64,000 nucleotides of DNA. Origin: a phage. The translations under genes were made by a program, and so were the position numbers. The DNA lies in sequence record PX670417.1; one strand, written 5' to 3'. The notes under the pieces were generated by a model. The model was not told the origin of the DNA and searched no databases. It saw nothing but the letters and a program-made list of their open reading frames with translations. Below are positions 46,179 through 63,837 of this stretch, piece after piece (the stretch's first letter is position 1; each line of letters starts with the position of its first letter).

Positions 46179-46720
46179 TTAAATTAATCTTTGCAAGTGG
46201 TGAAAATGGGGAGTTTGGTACTCCAACTGGTATGCCGTGGCCTCGACATAAACAGGACATGCAAGAGTTTAAGAGACTCACTAAAAATAACTTAGTAGTA
46301 ATGGGTAATGAGACTTTTAAGACTCTTGGTAGTAAACCTTTACCAGAACGTGCAAACCTCATCTTAACAAATTCTGTACCATACTTAGGCATAGACTTTG
46401 GCAAAGATGATGTAATGTATGCTAAAGCCAGTAAAGAGTCATTTGGAGCATTTTTGAAATATCTTGATAGCTCTATTGATGAAGATGTCTTTGTAATTGG
46501 TGGTGCAGGTGTCCTTGTCAATGCTTTACCGTATGCTGGTGTAGTGTTCCATACAGTTTTCCATAAAGTTACTGAAGAGGTCACTGTGCATTTACCTTTT
46601 GAAAACTTCTTTGAGAAGTTGTATGATAACCGTGTATTTACAAAGGTACAGTCAAAACCATCAGAGGATGGTAAAGCAACTTTTGAAATTTATGTTCCAC
46701 AAGTAAAAGGACACTTTTGA
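46175..46720 (+). CDS. frd: Dihydrofolate reductase
   Basis: MIKLIFA...GMPW...VVMGNETFKTL...VIGGAGVLVNALPYA fits the DHFR pattern; immediately upstream of thymidylate synthase. Confidence 0.7.
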   Translation: MIKLIFASGENGEFGTPTGMPWPRHKQDMQEFKRLTKNNLVVMGNETFKTLGSKPLPERANLILTNSVPYLGIDFGKDDVMYAKASKESFGAFLKYLDSSIDEDVFVIGGAGVLVNALPYAGVVFHTVFHKVTEEVTVHLPFENFFEKLYDNRVFTKVQSKPSEDGKATFEIYVPQVKGHF

Positions 46721-46721
46721 T

Positions 46722-47621
46722 ATGTCACAAGCAGATACAAGTTACAAAAATATCCTGAACCATGTTTTATCAGTTGGTGAACTGCGCACTACACGAACTG
46801 GGGATGTTATTTCTGCATTTGCTCCACCTCAGTTTCGTTTTGATATGCGAACTGGTTTCCCGCTCTTAACATCTAAACAGGTGTTTACACGGCAAGTTAT
46901 TGGGGAAGCTTTATGGTTCCTTAACGGAGAGAATAAGCTGGGTGAACTTCGTTACCGTACTTGGGGTGAAAATGACGGAGAACGCTGGACTATCTGGTCA
47001 GATGATTTTAAACGCTGGTTAAGCTCTAATTATTCTTCTGAACAGGATTGGTTAGAAGATGCAGGTGGAAGAATCTACGGAGTTCAGTGGAGAAACTTTG
47101 AAGGTCATAATGGTTGTGTTGTAGACCAGTTAGAGACCTTAGTAACAAAGATGAAGGGTGATATCACAGACCGTTACATGCTTGTTAATGCTTGGAATGC
47201 AGCAGATATTGCAGCAAACTCAATGGCTTTAGCACCTTGTCATGTTCTGTTTCAGATTTATATCACTAATGAAGGTGAAGTTGACTTACAATGGTATCAG
47301 CGTTCTGTAGACACCTTTTTAGGACTTCCGTTTAACATTGCATCTTATGGTTTTATTCTAGAAGTTCTTTGCAAGATGACTGGATACACTCCACGGTACT
47401 TGATAGGTGTCTTTGGGGATACTCAGATTTATCAGAACCATATGAAACAGGTTTATGAACTGATGAACAATAAAGAGTTCCATGCACCTACTTTTGAGAT
47501 TGGTGTACCACTTAACACTTTAAGTGACCTTAAACATCTCACTGCAAGTGACTTTATTGGTGGAATTAGTAACTACCAACATGCAGGAAAGATTGAAGCA
47601 CCTTTGTCAGTAGGTAAGTAG
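46722..47621 (+). CDS. thyA: Thymidylate synthase
   Basis: Catalytic-Cys motif ALAPCH and overall ThyA-like sequence. Confidence 0.85.
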   Translation: MSQADTSYKNILNHVLSVGELRTTRTGDVISAFAPPQFRFDMRTGFPLLTSKQVFTRQVIGEALWFLNGENKLGELRYRTWGENDGERWTIWSDDFKRWLSSNYSSEQDWLEDAGGRIYGVQWRNFEGHNGCVVDQLETLVTKMKGDITDRYMLVNAWNAADIAANSMALAPCHVLFQIYITNEGEVDLQWYQRSVDTFLGLPFNIASYGFILEVLCKMTGYTPRYLIGVFGDTQIYQNHMKQVYELMNNKEFHAPTFEIGVPLNTLSDLKHLTASDFIGGISNYQHAGKIEAPLSVGK

Positions 47622-47623
47622 AA

Positions 47624-47662
47624 ACAAAAAAGGCTCCTTTTTACGGGAGCCTTAAAATTTTA
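47624..47662. terminator. Bidirectional intrinsic terminator at the convergence of rightward and leftward blocks
   Basis: AAGGCTCC-TTTTTAC-GGGAGCCTT flanked by A-run and T-run on both sides. Confidence 0.6.
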
Positions 47663-48031
47663 TTTTTCAGTATTCTTTGTGTTCTTTTCAGTAATAGCTT
47701 GGAGGGCTGATACTGATTGAGCCAGATTGTTAACACTATCAGAGAATTTATCAAGAGTCTTAGTAAGTTTTGCGTTCTCTCCCTTAACATTCTCTAACTG
47801 GACTTTCTGGTTCTCCATCCCTAGCTGAAGCAGCCTCATATCAGACTGTAAATCACGAATAGCTGAATAATTGCTTTTGGAATAATTATCTAGCTGTTGC
47901 AACTTTGTTGTGATAGACACTTCTTGTTTACCATCCGAAACTTGCATGGTGGTATACATCCCAATAACACTAAAAATACCAACTACAATTGCACCAATAT
48001 TATTTTTAAAAGCTTCCTCTAGCCACTTCAT
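47660..48031 (-). CDS. Membrane-anchored coiled-coil protein (123 aa)
   Basis: N-terminal TM helix then heptad-rich sequence. Confidence 0.5.
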   Translation of the reverse strand: MKWLEEAFKNNIGAIVVGIFSVIGMYTTMQVSDGKQEVSITTKLQQLDNYSKSNYSAIRDLQSDMRLLQLGMENQKVQLENVKGENAKLTKTLDKFSDSVNNLAQSVSALQAITEKNTKNTEK

Positions 48032-48225
48032 TTATTCTCCCCCTTAAAAGCTTTTTCTAAGTTATCTACGAACTCATCATCAATAGGTGTGTCTGTCTTA
48101 CTCGCAAGGTATCTTGCAAGCCTAAAGAACACTTTCTCAATCATGTATTCACTTAGAAGGGATAAAATGAGTTTCCAGAAGAAGCTACCTAGATTTTTTA
48201 GAAGAATTGCTAGGATTGTAGGCAT
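48028..48225 (-). CDS. Small hypothetical protein (65 aa)
   Basis: ORF. Confidence 0.4.
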   Translation of the reverse strand: MPTILAILLKNLGSFFWKLILSLLSEYMIEKVFFRLARYLASKTDTPIDDEFVDNLEKAFKGENK

Positions 48226-48304
48226 TTAATCACCTCATCAGCCAAGATGGTGAGAATACCCATAAAGAATATTAACACCATCTTAACAAGCAGTCAATAA
48301 TGGA

Positions 48305-48479
48305 TTAAGCAGTTCTTACCCAAGCCATTAACTTATAGAACTGGTTAGTAACACTGAATGCTGAACCAGAACCTGTACCACCAGTGTTACCACTAACTGT
48401 GTGGGTGTGAGCACCAATAGCTATTGCGTGAGCATGCTGCGCACCGTGGTCAGTATAACCACTTACAGAGTGGGTGTGG
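48305..48479 (-). other. Out-of-frame (+1) continuation of the tail-fiber gene encoding a His-rich C-terminal module
   Basis: +1 frame reads DHTHSVSGYTDHGAQHAHAIAIGAHTHTVSGNTGGTGSGSAFSVTNQFYKLMAWVRTA, matching the C-terminus of the paralogous fiber at 50704-51852. Confidence 0.5.
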
Positions 48480-50657
48480 TCACCACCCCCCATCAGTGTA
48501 ACCCGGACCTGTACCGATTCTACCACCACCACCACCAGAATAGTGTGTAGAGTTCTGACCAATCCACGAGATAGCGTGGTTGTGGTGACCAGCAGATGAA
48601 GTAGAACCACTTACAGCGTGTGAGTGAGCACCATTGACAACAGTTTCTTTTACACCATAATCAAAAGATGAAGTGGTAGCAGAGAAACTATGAGTGTGTG
48701 ATGGTAAGTTACCAACAGCTAACGCCACAGAATCTGAACCACCAGTTGTAGCAACATCTGAACCGTTTGCTGCTGCAATTCTGATAGTTCTACCAACACC
48801 ATTGTTGAGGTACGTCCAAGTTAGACCAGGCAGTGCTGTATTAGGGTCAACATTACTGTTAAACCATGTCACAATACCCACTGGATAGATTTTATTAAGG
48901 TCTGTAGAGTCACTTACTGCCTGTGCAATCTTCTGGTCAGTCTCTGCTTTAGTGTATGCACCAATTTCTGAAGGGGTTGGTTTCTGAGCTTCGTTGTAAA
49001 CCTTAGACCATCCAGCCTCAAAACCATGTGCGTCTCTGGCTGTTCTGTACCACATCCCACCATTTTTATAATCAAACATCAATTGTGCAGCAGGTGTTGA
49101 TGCTCCCGTATTAACGAACATATGCGAGACTAAACGGCTTGCCCCACCACCCTTAATCATCTCAATATAAATTCCTGAAGGTTGATTCCAAGCTACGCCA
49201 CCATCTTCTTCTCTTACTGTGCCTCTGGCTGCTGACCAGATATACTTTGAATCGGTTGCAGATTTAACGTAGTATCTAGCATCTAAGTTAGTCCAGTCTT
49301 GTGGTTGTACCTGTCCATTAATATACAGGCTCTTATTCACACTAACCAATGCTTGCTCTAGAGAAATTTGAGTGCCTGAAAAGCTGTTATTCAAGGCTAC
49401 CACGTTAGAGCTAGCGCCTCCTACACCTAGCCACCACCTAGATACATTCGCAGTATCAACGCCACGAATATACAAACCTTGATTTTGTGTCAAATTCTTA
49501 ACAATCAACCCTTCATTGTTAGCAACAATAGTCTGTGTATTCGTGAAAGTATTAGACACATTAAGTTTAGCAAGATTACTCAGAGTTCCTGCTGGGATGT
49601 ATCTAGAGTCAATATTAGTCCAATCTGAAGGCTGAACTTGTCCAGTGATTTTTACAGTCTTGCTGAATGTAGCACCAGACGAGTCTAAGACCATCGAGGT
49701 GTTGCCCTTATAATCGTGTAATGTGGTACTATAGTTTGCACTACCCTTACCAAGATACCACAAGTTATTATTTTCACTATCTTTTGCTAGGATGAATAAA
49801 GATTCATTTGTAGATTTATTTTGCAGCATGATAGCAGCAGAATTAGAGATGATGTTAACAGCATTATTGAATGTATTTAAACCACTAAAAGTATTATTAG
49901 CAGTTAACTGTGCAAATCTCTGATTAGCTGCTGTCTGAGTAAAGTATCTAGCATCTAAGTTAGACCAATCAGAAGGCTGTACTTGACCAGTGATTGCTAA
50001 AGACTTATTAACAGAGATATTGCTTGCAACAGTCACTGCTGAGTTGTATTTGTTGTTATACAGGCTTACTGCATCATCGCCATTGCTACCAATACCAATC
50101 CACCATCTAGCTGAACCATCTAGGTTTACACCCTCAATGTATTGTGCATTATTTGCAATCTGGTTTCTAAGGCGAAGTGCGTTACCATCACTTTGAATAC
50201 TCTGATTTCTAGAGAATGTGTTTGTAACAGCAAGCCTTGCATATCTTGCATCATTCTCTTCATTAGTTCTCATCCCAAGTTCATTAGGGCTTGGCTTATT
50301 CAGAGTATGATAAACAGTTGCCGACCTTGAAGCATCTGCAATAGTCAGTTTAAGACCATTTGCATTGATTTTAAAAGTCTTTAAAACATCCCCCATAGTA
50401 ATCTCAGAAGAGTCTGTAGGGTCAAATACGGCCTTACCACCATAAAGTAACTTGACAATTCCTAAGTCACCCGTCATAGTGCTACCAGCAATCTGGACAA
50501 ATCTTTCTAGTTTAAAAGATGCTAAGAAGTCTTGATAGGTCATTCGACGGTCTTCATCACCTAACATTTCAGGTCTCTTTTTGACCCTGACATGAAGAAG
50601 GTCGTCAGAACGGATTGTGTCGATTGAGTTTAATTCACTCAACTTGTAATCTGCCAT
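48480..50657 (-). CDS. Tail fiber protein (725 aa as read; apparently interrupted at its 3' end)
   Basis: Three internal repeats ITGQVQPSDW(S/T)N(L/I)D(A/S)RY; in-frame stop TGA directly after a G6 run. Confidence 0.6.
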   Translation of the reverse strand: MADYKLSELNSIDTIRSDDLLHVRVKKRPEMLGDEDRRMTYQDFLASFKLERFVQIAGSTMTGDLGIVKLLYGGKAVFDPTDSSEITMGDVLKTFKINANGLKLTIADASRSATVYHTLNKPSPNELGMRTNEENDARYARLAVTNTFSRNQSIQSDGNALRLRNQIANNAQYIEGVNLDGSARWWIGIGSNGDDAVSLYNNKYNSAVTVASNISVNKSLAITGQVQPSDWSNLDARYFTQTAANQRFAQLTANNTFSGLNTFNNAVNIISNSAAIMLQNKSTNESLFILAKDSENNNLWYLGKGSANYSTTLHDYKGNTSMVLDSSGATFSKTVKITGQVQPSDWTNIDSRYIPAGTLSNLAKLNVSNTFTNTQTIVANNEGLIVKNLTQNQGLYIRGVDTANVSRWWLGVGGASSNVVALNNSFSGTQISLEQALVSVNKSLYINGQVQPQDWTNLDARYYVKSATDSKYIWSAARGTVREEDGGVAWNQPSGIYIEMIKGGGASRLVSHMFVNTGASTPAAQLMFDYKNGGMWYRTARDAHGFEAGWSKVYNEAQKPTPSEIGAYTKAETDQKIAQAVSDSTDLNKIYPVGIVTWFNSNVDPNTALPGLTWTYLNNGVGRTIRIAAANGSDVATTGGSDSVALAVGNLPSHTHSFSATTSSFDYGVKETVVNGAHSHAVSGSTSSAGHHNHAISWIGQNSTHYSGGGGGRIGTGPGYTDGGW

Positions 50658-50669
50658 TATAAATTTTCC

Positions 50670-50693
50670 TCTTAAAAGGGGCTATAAAGCCCC
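50670..50693 (-). promoter_or_regulatory. GGGGCT-ATAA-AGCCCC hairpin between the two fiber genes (weak terminator-like)
   Basis: GC stem followed by TTTTAAG on the minus strand. Confidence 0.4.
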
Positions 50694-50703
50694 TGTAAAG
50701 AAA

Positions 50704-51852
50704 TTAAGCTGTTCTCTGCCATACATACAATACGAAGGATGGCTGTTCAACGCTAAATGCTTGACCAGAACCAGTTGTGCCAGTTGTGCCAGAGTGAGAA
50801 TGCTCACCTGCTCCGGTTACTGTTACTGTTGCTGAGTGGTTGTGAGAACCAATTGCAACAGTGTGGCTGTGAGCACCAATCCCAACCGTGTGATTATGCG
50901 CACCAATTGCTACAGAGTGAGTGTGGTTGTTAGCTGTTGTCAACGTAGCTCTTGGGTCATAGCTTGCCCCCTCAACCGATAAACCTCTCCAGCCACCATC
51001 AGCATAGCCACGGTTAATGAATGTTGTTTGTGTTAAGCCAGCAGCACTGGTTGTTCTGTTGCCATAGTCGTAAGTAGATACGGTCTTGGTTCCGTAGTCA
51101 AACGTTGTAGTCCCTTTAGTGCCATAATCAAAAGCACTGATAGAGGCCGTTGCACCATGAGTGTGACCACCACCAGTGACGTACACTGAGTGGGTATGTG
51201 CAGGGATGTTATTAACCGTCAGTGCAGCAGTCTGTGAACCAAACGTTGAACCAACTGGCCTAGAATCACTATCATAACCTACAAGTGCTCTCCCTTTTGA
51301 GACTAACTCCCAAGTACCCCCACAAATTAAATATGTAGAGGGGTTTGCAGGATTCATAGAGAGATGGATAGTACCTACTGGATAAGAAGCCTGAACAGCC
51401 TTGTACAAGTTATTTACTGCTCTTGCTGTAGCATACTTATCTGCATCTTCATTATAAAGGTTAGATGTTGTCCAGTTCTGGACATTACTTAAACCAACCT
51501 GCGCCTTAGTTGTATTGTGTGGGTTACTCTTGTCATTAATATGCTGTTGAATAAGACTATTAACCTCTACTGAAGACATAATCTGTAGATTTTTTCTTGC
51601 CTCAGCTACATTAACAATATCTGATAAGTTATTTGCAGCAACTAACTGAAGAGCATTAATAACATTATCTAAACCAATTTGTGTTTTAGTAACACCATGA
51701 GGGTTATTTCTTAGGCTTGAGTGTGGAGCAAGTAATTGCTCAAGAGTACATCTCTTATCCTCAATACCCTGCTTAAGATGGAAGATATCACTAAGGTCAA
51801 TTGGTAAGGCTGCTTGAGGCAAGGCACTAATTTGAATTTCACCTACTGCCAT
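50704..51852 (-). CDS. Tail fiber protein with C-terminal His-x-His repeat module (382 aa)
   Basis: Repeats NPHGVTKTQIGLDNV / NPHNTTKAQVGLSNV; FDYGTK x3; C-terminal HTHSVAIGAHNHTVGIGAHSHTVAIGSHNHS. Confidence 0.6.
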   Translation of the reverse strand: MAVGEIQISALPQAALPIDLSDIFHLKQGIEDKRCTLEQLLAPHSSLRNNPHGVTKTQIGLDNVINALQLVAANNLSDIVNVAEARKNLQIMSSVEVNSLIQQHINDKSNPHNTTKAQVGLSNVQNWTTSNLYNEDADKYATARAVNNLYKAVQASYPVGTIHLSMNPANPSTYLICGGTWELVSKGRALVGYDSDSRPVGSTFGSQTAALTVNNIPAHTHSVYVTGGGHTHGATASISAFDYGTKGTTTFDYGTKTVSTYDYGNRTTSAAGLTQTTFINRGYADGGWRGLSVEGASYDPRATLTTANNHTHSVAIGAHNHTVGIGAHSHTVAIGSHNHSATVTVTGAGEHSHSGTTGTTGSGQAFSVEQPSFVLYVWQRTA

Positions 51853-51854
51853 TA

Positions 51855-59852
<7,998 letters not shown>

Positions 59853-59853
<1 letters not shown>

Positions 59854-60092
59854 TACATTTTTCCTGCTCTTCTAAGTTCGTTGTAAGCAATTTCCTCTTT
59901 ATACGACCTCTGAATTTCAAGAAATTGTCTCAATGATAATAAATCAGAGAATGTCATAGCAAAGAGTTGGTCAAGTGTTTCTTTACACCCTTCCATACCA
60001 TAAATAGCAAGCACAAATTTCATCTCGTCTGCTTCTTCATAGGTTGCCTCTACAGCAGCATCAGTCAGTGGTGTCTGTAGAGTGTTACCCAT
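59853..60092 (-). CDS. Putative tail assembly chaperone (79 aa)
   Basis: Small ORF between tube and tape measure genes. Confidence 0.4.
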
Positions 60093-60094
60093 GT

Positions 60095-60493
60095 TTACTG
60101 AGAAGTTAGGCTTTTGAAAATGCTTGCTTCGAAAAAACTTCCGAAGTTTGCCTCCAGCGCAAATGCTAAGTAGTCAATAAATTCACCATAGTTTGCTTGG
60201 AAGTATGTATCAATATTAAGTGGGAAGTCATCAACAGTCGCCCCTTGAAATAGTAATGTAGCCATTTCTTCAAGGTTAATTTCTTCAATTCTGTCAAAAC
60301 AAGCTTCAACAAGTTCTTTAAATGGAACCATTGGAGCTTCTTTCTTATCTTTATCCGTAAGACTTGATAGCATCTGTGCAAATGTTGGCACAACAATTTT
60401 ACCCAACTTCATAGACATCTTAATACCGTCTCTTGCCCCAAGCAGAATGATATTTACTTTCTTACCATTAATTACTCTAGATTCTGTTTTCAT
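60095..60493 (-). CDS. Putative tail assembly chaperone (132 aa)
   Basis: Position. Confidence 0.45.
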   Translation of the reverse strand: MKTESRVINGKKVNIILLGARDGIKMSMKLGKIVVPTFAQMLSSLTDKDKKEAPMVPFKELVEACFDRIEEINLEEMATLLFQGATVDDFPLNIDTYFQANYGEFIDYLAFALEANFGSFFEASIFKSLTSQ

Positions 60494-60519
60494 TGTGATT
60501 CCTTAATACTTTTAAAAGA

Positions 60520-60555
60520 AACAAAAAAGGGGAAGACCTTTTAAAGTCTCCCCCT
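60520..60555 (-). terminator. Intrinsic terminator after the tail tube gene
   Basis: GGGGAGAC-loop-GTCTTCCCC followed by TTTTTTG on the minus strand. Confidence 0.5.
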
Positions 60556-60566
60556 TATAGGATTTA

Positions 60567-61013
60567 TTAAACACTTGACGCTGGAATTGTAGAAGTGTAG
60601 TCTAGCTTCTCACAACCAAAAATCCAAGTTTTAGAGTTCTGGTCACGACCAAGTTCAATCTGTGGCAATTCCTGCAACCAAGCATTAATACCAGTTGCCA
60701 GAACAGAGCCTGATGGGTCGTAGATTACGAAGTTAGAAGAGATATCTTCTTCAAGTTCCATATTGTCTTGTTTAGCTTGAATTGCAGAAAGCATCTGGTT
60801 AGAGAGAGAAGTCTGCATTAGCTCAATCTCAATAGTACCTGTCTTGTCTGCATTTCTTGTCAGAGCAACCTGACCACCTGCACCTACAACTGGTGTAATA
60901 AGTGGTGATGTTCTCTGTAGACGTAAGAATGAGTCTGGGGCAAAGCCTTCAATGGCAATACCATTCCAGCTACATACAACGTCTTTAGGGGAATATTGCT
61001 GATACATAGCCAT
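60567..61013 (-). CDS. Putative tail tube protein (148 aa)
   Basis: Size and position after the sheath gene. Confidence 0.5.
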   Translation of the reverse strand: MAMYQQYSPKDVVCSWNGIAIEGFAPDSFLRLQRTSPLITPVVGAGGQVALTRNADKTGTIEIELMQTSLSNQMLSAIQAKQDNMELEEDISSNFVIYDPSGSVLATGINAWLQELPQIELGRDQNSKTWIFGCEKLDYTSTIPASSV

Positions 61014-61028
61014 TCCAATTTACCTCTA

Positions 61029-62381
61029 TTATTCGTAAGCCACTGTACCTTTCAAGTCAACATCCAAGATAGCACCTGCTAAGATACCTGCGAAGGTAAC
61101 GTCTTTCAGGATACGAGCTTTCTTGTCTGCCAAAGCAACTTGAGAGGCTTTAGGAACATTAACTGTGTAAGATGACAGGAAGTTTCTGTTAACTGCTCTT
61201 TGTAGAGAGGTTTCAATGACTTGACGAATACGGGTAATACCAGTATCATCATAAGTAATCTTACCACCCTTCTGATTAATTAGCAAGTCTCTCAGAGAAG
61301 TTTTCAGGTCTGATTCTAACCAGTCAACACCACGGATGATGTCAATCCATTCCCCACCAGAAGTAATCCCTCTACGAACCACTGGAACACCACCATCAAG
61401 GTCAATAAAGTTACAGTGACGTGCATCTAAAGCAGACTTCTGAATGCTTGTCAGAGGTCTCTGATTAGATGGCTGTAGAGAAGCAGTTACACCAGTTAAC
61501 TGTGCATTACCCCAAGCAATTGAACCTGCATCATATGGAGCGCCATAAGCAATGTATGCCATCTCTGGATAATCTTCTGCTGCTGTGTGATGCCACAAAC
61601 AAACTGTACGAGTGTACATATTCTTAGCAAGCTGTGCTGGGACATCATTTGCACTAGCCAATTCTGTACCTTGTAGTGCTGCTACATCAGAGTTAGCCGT
61701 GAAGAAGACTTTTTTACGAGCCTGAATCTCGGAAGCCATTGCTAAGACAAACTGTTGAGTTCTATCTTCTGCTGCAATGAAATACCAGTCGGTAGAGTAG
61801 GTCTCGATGGCTGCCAGAGCAGTTGATGCTGTATCAGCAGTTGTACTTGCAACATATACAGTCTGTGCTGTAGTTGTTACTTTCACAAAGTCATTATCAC
61901 CAGCTTTGGTAATAATCATTGTGGCAGAACCATTGCTACCAGTTACGTTCACAGAAACCTTATCTTTGATTGTTGGGTCAGCTTCAATCTGTGTTTTAAA
62001 CTGTTGCAACACGTTTTCAGCAGTGTCTTCAGCTTGCGCTGTATACTGATATGGTTGAGAAATTCCACCGCCAGCAGCTACAGTAATTGAGTAGTCTGTG
62101 CTTTCAGTAACGGCATTAGGAATTGATACAGTGTACTGCATAGCACGTCTACCAATATAAAGCTGAGTTACTTTAGGAGTCTGACTCCAAAGTTGTTTAG
62201 CAGCCTTATATGCAGCAGTATTCTCATCGAAATCTTCAGCAACTTCAGTTAAGGAAGTGTAACCACGAACTCTTTCTTCAAAATTATCTGTTGAAGCTAA
62301 GAATAGTGGCAAACCAAAACCTTCTCTTGTAGTTCCTGCGGTGTTCAATGTAATATCTACATTAACAATTGGATTCCACAT
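61029..62381 (-). CDS. Putative contractile tail sheath protein (450 aa)
   Basis: Size and position; N-terminal GLPLFLASTDNF resembles sheath N-termini as recalled. Confidence 0.5.
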   Translation of the reverse strand: MWNPIVNVDITLNTAGTTREGFGLPLFLASTDNFEERVRGYTSLTEVAEDFDENTAAYKAAKQLWSQTPKVTQLYIGRRAMQYTVSIPNAVTESTDYSITVAAGGGISQPYQYTAQAEDTAENVLQQFKTQIEADPTIKDKVSVNVTGSNGSATMIITKAGDNDFVKVTTTAQTVYVASTTADTASTALAAIETYSTDWYFIAAEDRTQQFVLAMASEIQARKKVFFTANSDVAALQGTELASANDVPAQLAKNMYTRTVCLWHHTAAEDYPEMAYIAYGAPYDAGSIAWGNAQLTGVTASLQPSNQRPLTSIQKSALDARHCNFIDLDGGVPVVRRGITSGGEWIDIIRGVDWLESDLKTSLRDLLINQKGGKITYDDTGITRIRQVIETSLQRAVNRNFLSSYTVNVPKASQVALADKKARILKDVTFAGILAGAILDVDLKGTVAYE

Positions 62382-62981
62382 TTATTTTACCCCTTTGGAG
62401 TCTACATCTAGATGGATAGTATATTCTGGTGGCTCTTGTCCTTCTTCATAAACTAACTCACCATCAACAATGACACGCTCAATAATACTTCCACGTTCAT
62501 CTTTCAGGACTGAGTTTTTTACAAGAGTTACAACAAGAGGTGCAGAATTTTCGAAATCTGTATTGAGATAAGTATAATCATTTGGAATTGCTCCAGTGTC
62601 TAGTACTGTAGCTCCTGTTTCTTCAAGGATTAAATCTCTTACTGAACTCATCTCTAATCGTTGTTTAAGCTCAAGCATAATACTATGAGCACCTTTACCA
62701 TTTACCGTAATTAATACAGGAATCTGAAAAGCAATTCTGTAACAAACTACATCATCCTCAACAAACTTATCAAGAACCCAACCATAAGGTGTTGCAGCAT
62801 CTTGACAGTATACGGTGATAAATGGTTGGTCAGGTTTTAAACCTTTGTCATTCGAGTTATCAGAAGGGTAAGCTCTAATTACGTTTGGCCTATTATTTTT
62901 ATCACGAGCTAGTCTGTGACCAATAACATCCACTAAGGTTCTAACTAGACCTTTTTCAAGTTCTGCTGTTTCTAACTGCAT
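62382..62981 (-). CDS. Putative neck/tail completion protein (199 aa)
   Basis: Position upstream of the sheath gene. Confidence 0.4.
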   Translation of the reverse strand: MQLETAELEKGLVRTLVDVIGHRLARDKNNRPNVIRAYPSDNSNDKGLKPDQPFITVYCQDAATPYGWVLDKFVEDDVVCYRIAFQIPVLITVNGKGAHSIMLELKQRLEMSSVRDLILEETGATVLDTGAIPNDYTYLNTDFENSAPLVVTLVKNSVLKDERGSIIERVIVDGELVYEEGQEPPEYTIHLDVDSKGVK

Positions 62982-63357
62982 TCATTTTATCCCTTCTAAT
63001 AATGATATATTCATAATGGGACGTATGGGCTAATTGTTGTGACCAATCCATAGTCATAAATACTTCATACTCATGACCATCAATCATAACAATGTCAGAC
63101 TCATTCCACTCCACATCATCTGAAGTTCTAAGTTTATATGTAGTATACAGGATTCTTGTATCGGTGAGTCTAATACCTTCCGGTAAAGCAATCTGTGTAC
63201 CGTTCTTTACAGAACCTTTGATGTATGGCTGAATATTACCTTTGCAGTTAACCTCAACAATATCTTGTGAAGATACCCAATCACCATCATCATTATAATA
63301 ACCGTCTTCAGAGACTTTACGCTTTACTACAAAGCTGTGTCTGTTTAAGAGTCTCAT
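62956..63357 (-). CDS. Putative head-tail joining protein (133 aa)
   Basis: Position. Confidence 0.4.
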   Translation of the reverse strand: MRLLNRHSFVVKRKVSEDGYYNDDGDWVSSQDIVEVNCKGNIQPYIKGSVKNGTQIALPEGIRLTDTRILYTTYKLRTSDDVEWNESDIVMIDGHEYEVFMTMDWSQQLAHTSHYEYIIIRRDKMNAVRNSRT

Positions 63358-63836
63358 TTTTTAATACCCTTCTTAGTAGAAATTTTATAAGCAAGGTTAT
63401 CCCTTAAGTCACCTGTCTCAACAAGAGGTGCGTTAAAACCTTTTTTCTTGACTGTGGAAGGTGCGTTAGGAGGGAGGATAGCAGAATTACCAAAGCCTCT
63501 TTTAATTGCCTTTTGAGCATTCTTTGCAAATACTTCTAAGGTATCTGAAGGGTCTGTGTTGAGACTGCTAAGTTGCTTATATAGATTCTTCTTAGTCTGC
63601 TCTAACAAGGTCTGTCTGTTTAGCATCATAGTGATTTCAAACAACCTACGATATACTTTACCAGAAGCTGAAGGAACTCCAATGACTTCTTGTAAATACA
63701 TTAAAGCAGGATAAGAAAAACCAGAGCTATGTTGACCTTGTTCTTGAAAATACCCAACTTGAGCATTAGCCGTTTGCAAGTTCTTCATAGCCCCGACTAA
63801 TTTTGCTCTAGCGGGGTGAATAACCCTTTTAACCAT
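63354..63836 (-). CDS. Putative head-tail connector/completion protein (160 aa)
   Basis: Position. Confidence 0.4.
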   Translation of the reverse strand: MVKRVIHPARAKLVGAMKNLQTANAQVGYFQEQGQHSSGFSYPALMYLQEVIGVPSASGKVYRRLFEITMMLNRQTLLEQTKKNLYKQLSSLNTDPSDTLEVFAKNAQKAIKRGFGNSAILPPNAPSTVKKKGFNAPLVETGDLRDNLAYKISTKKGIKK

Positions 63837-63837
63837 T

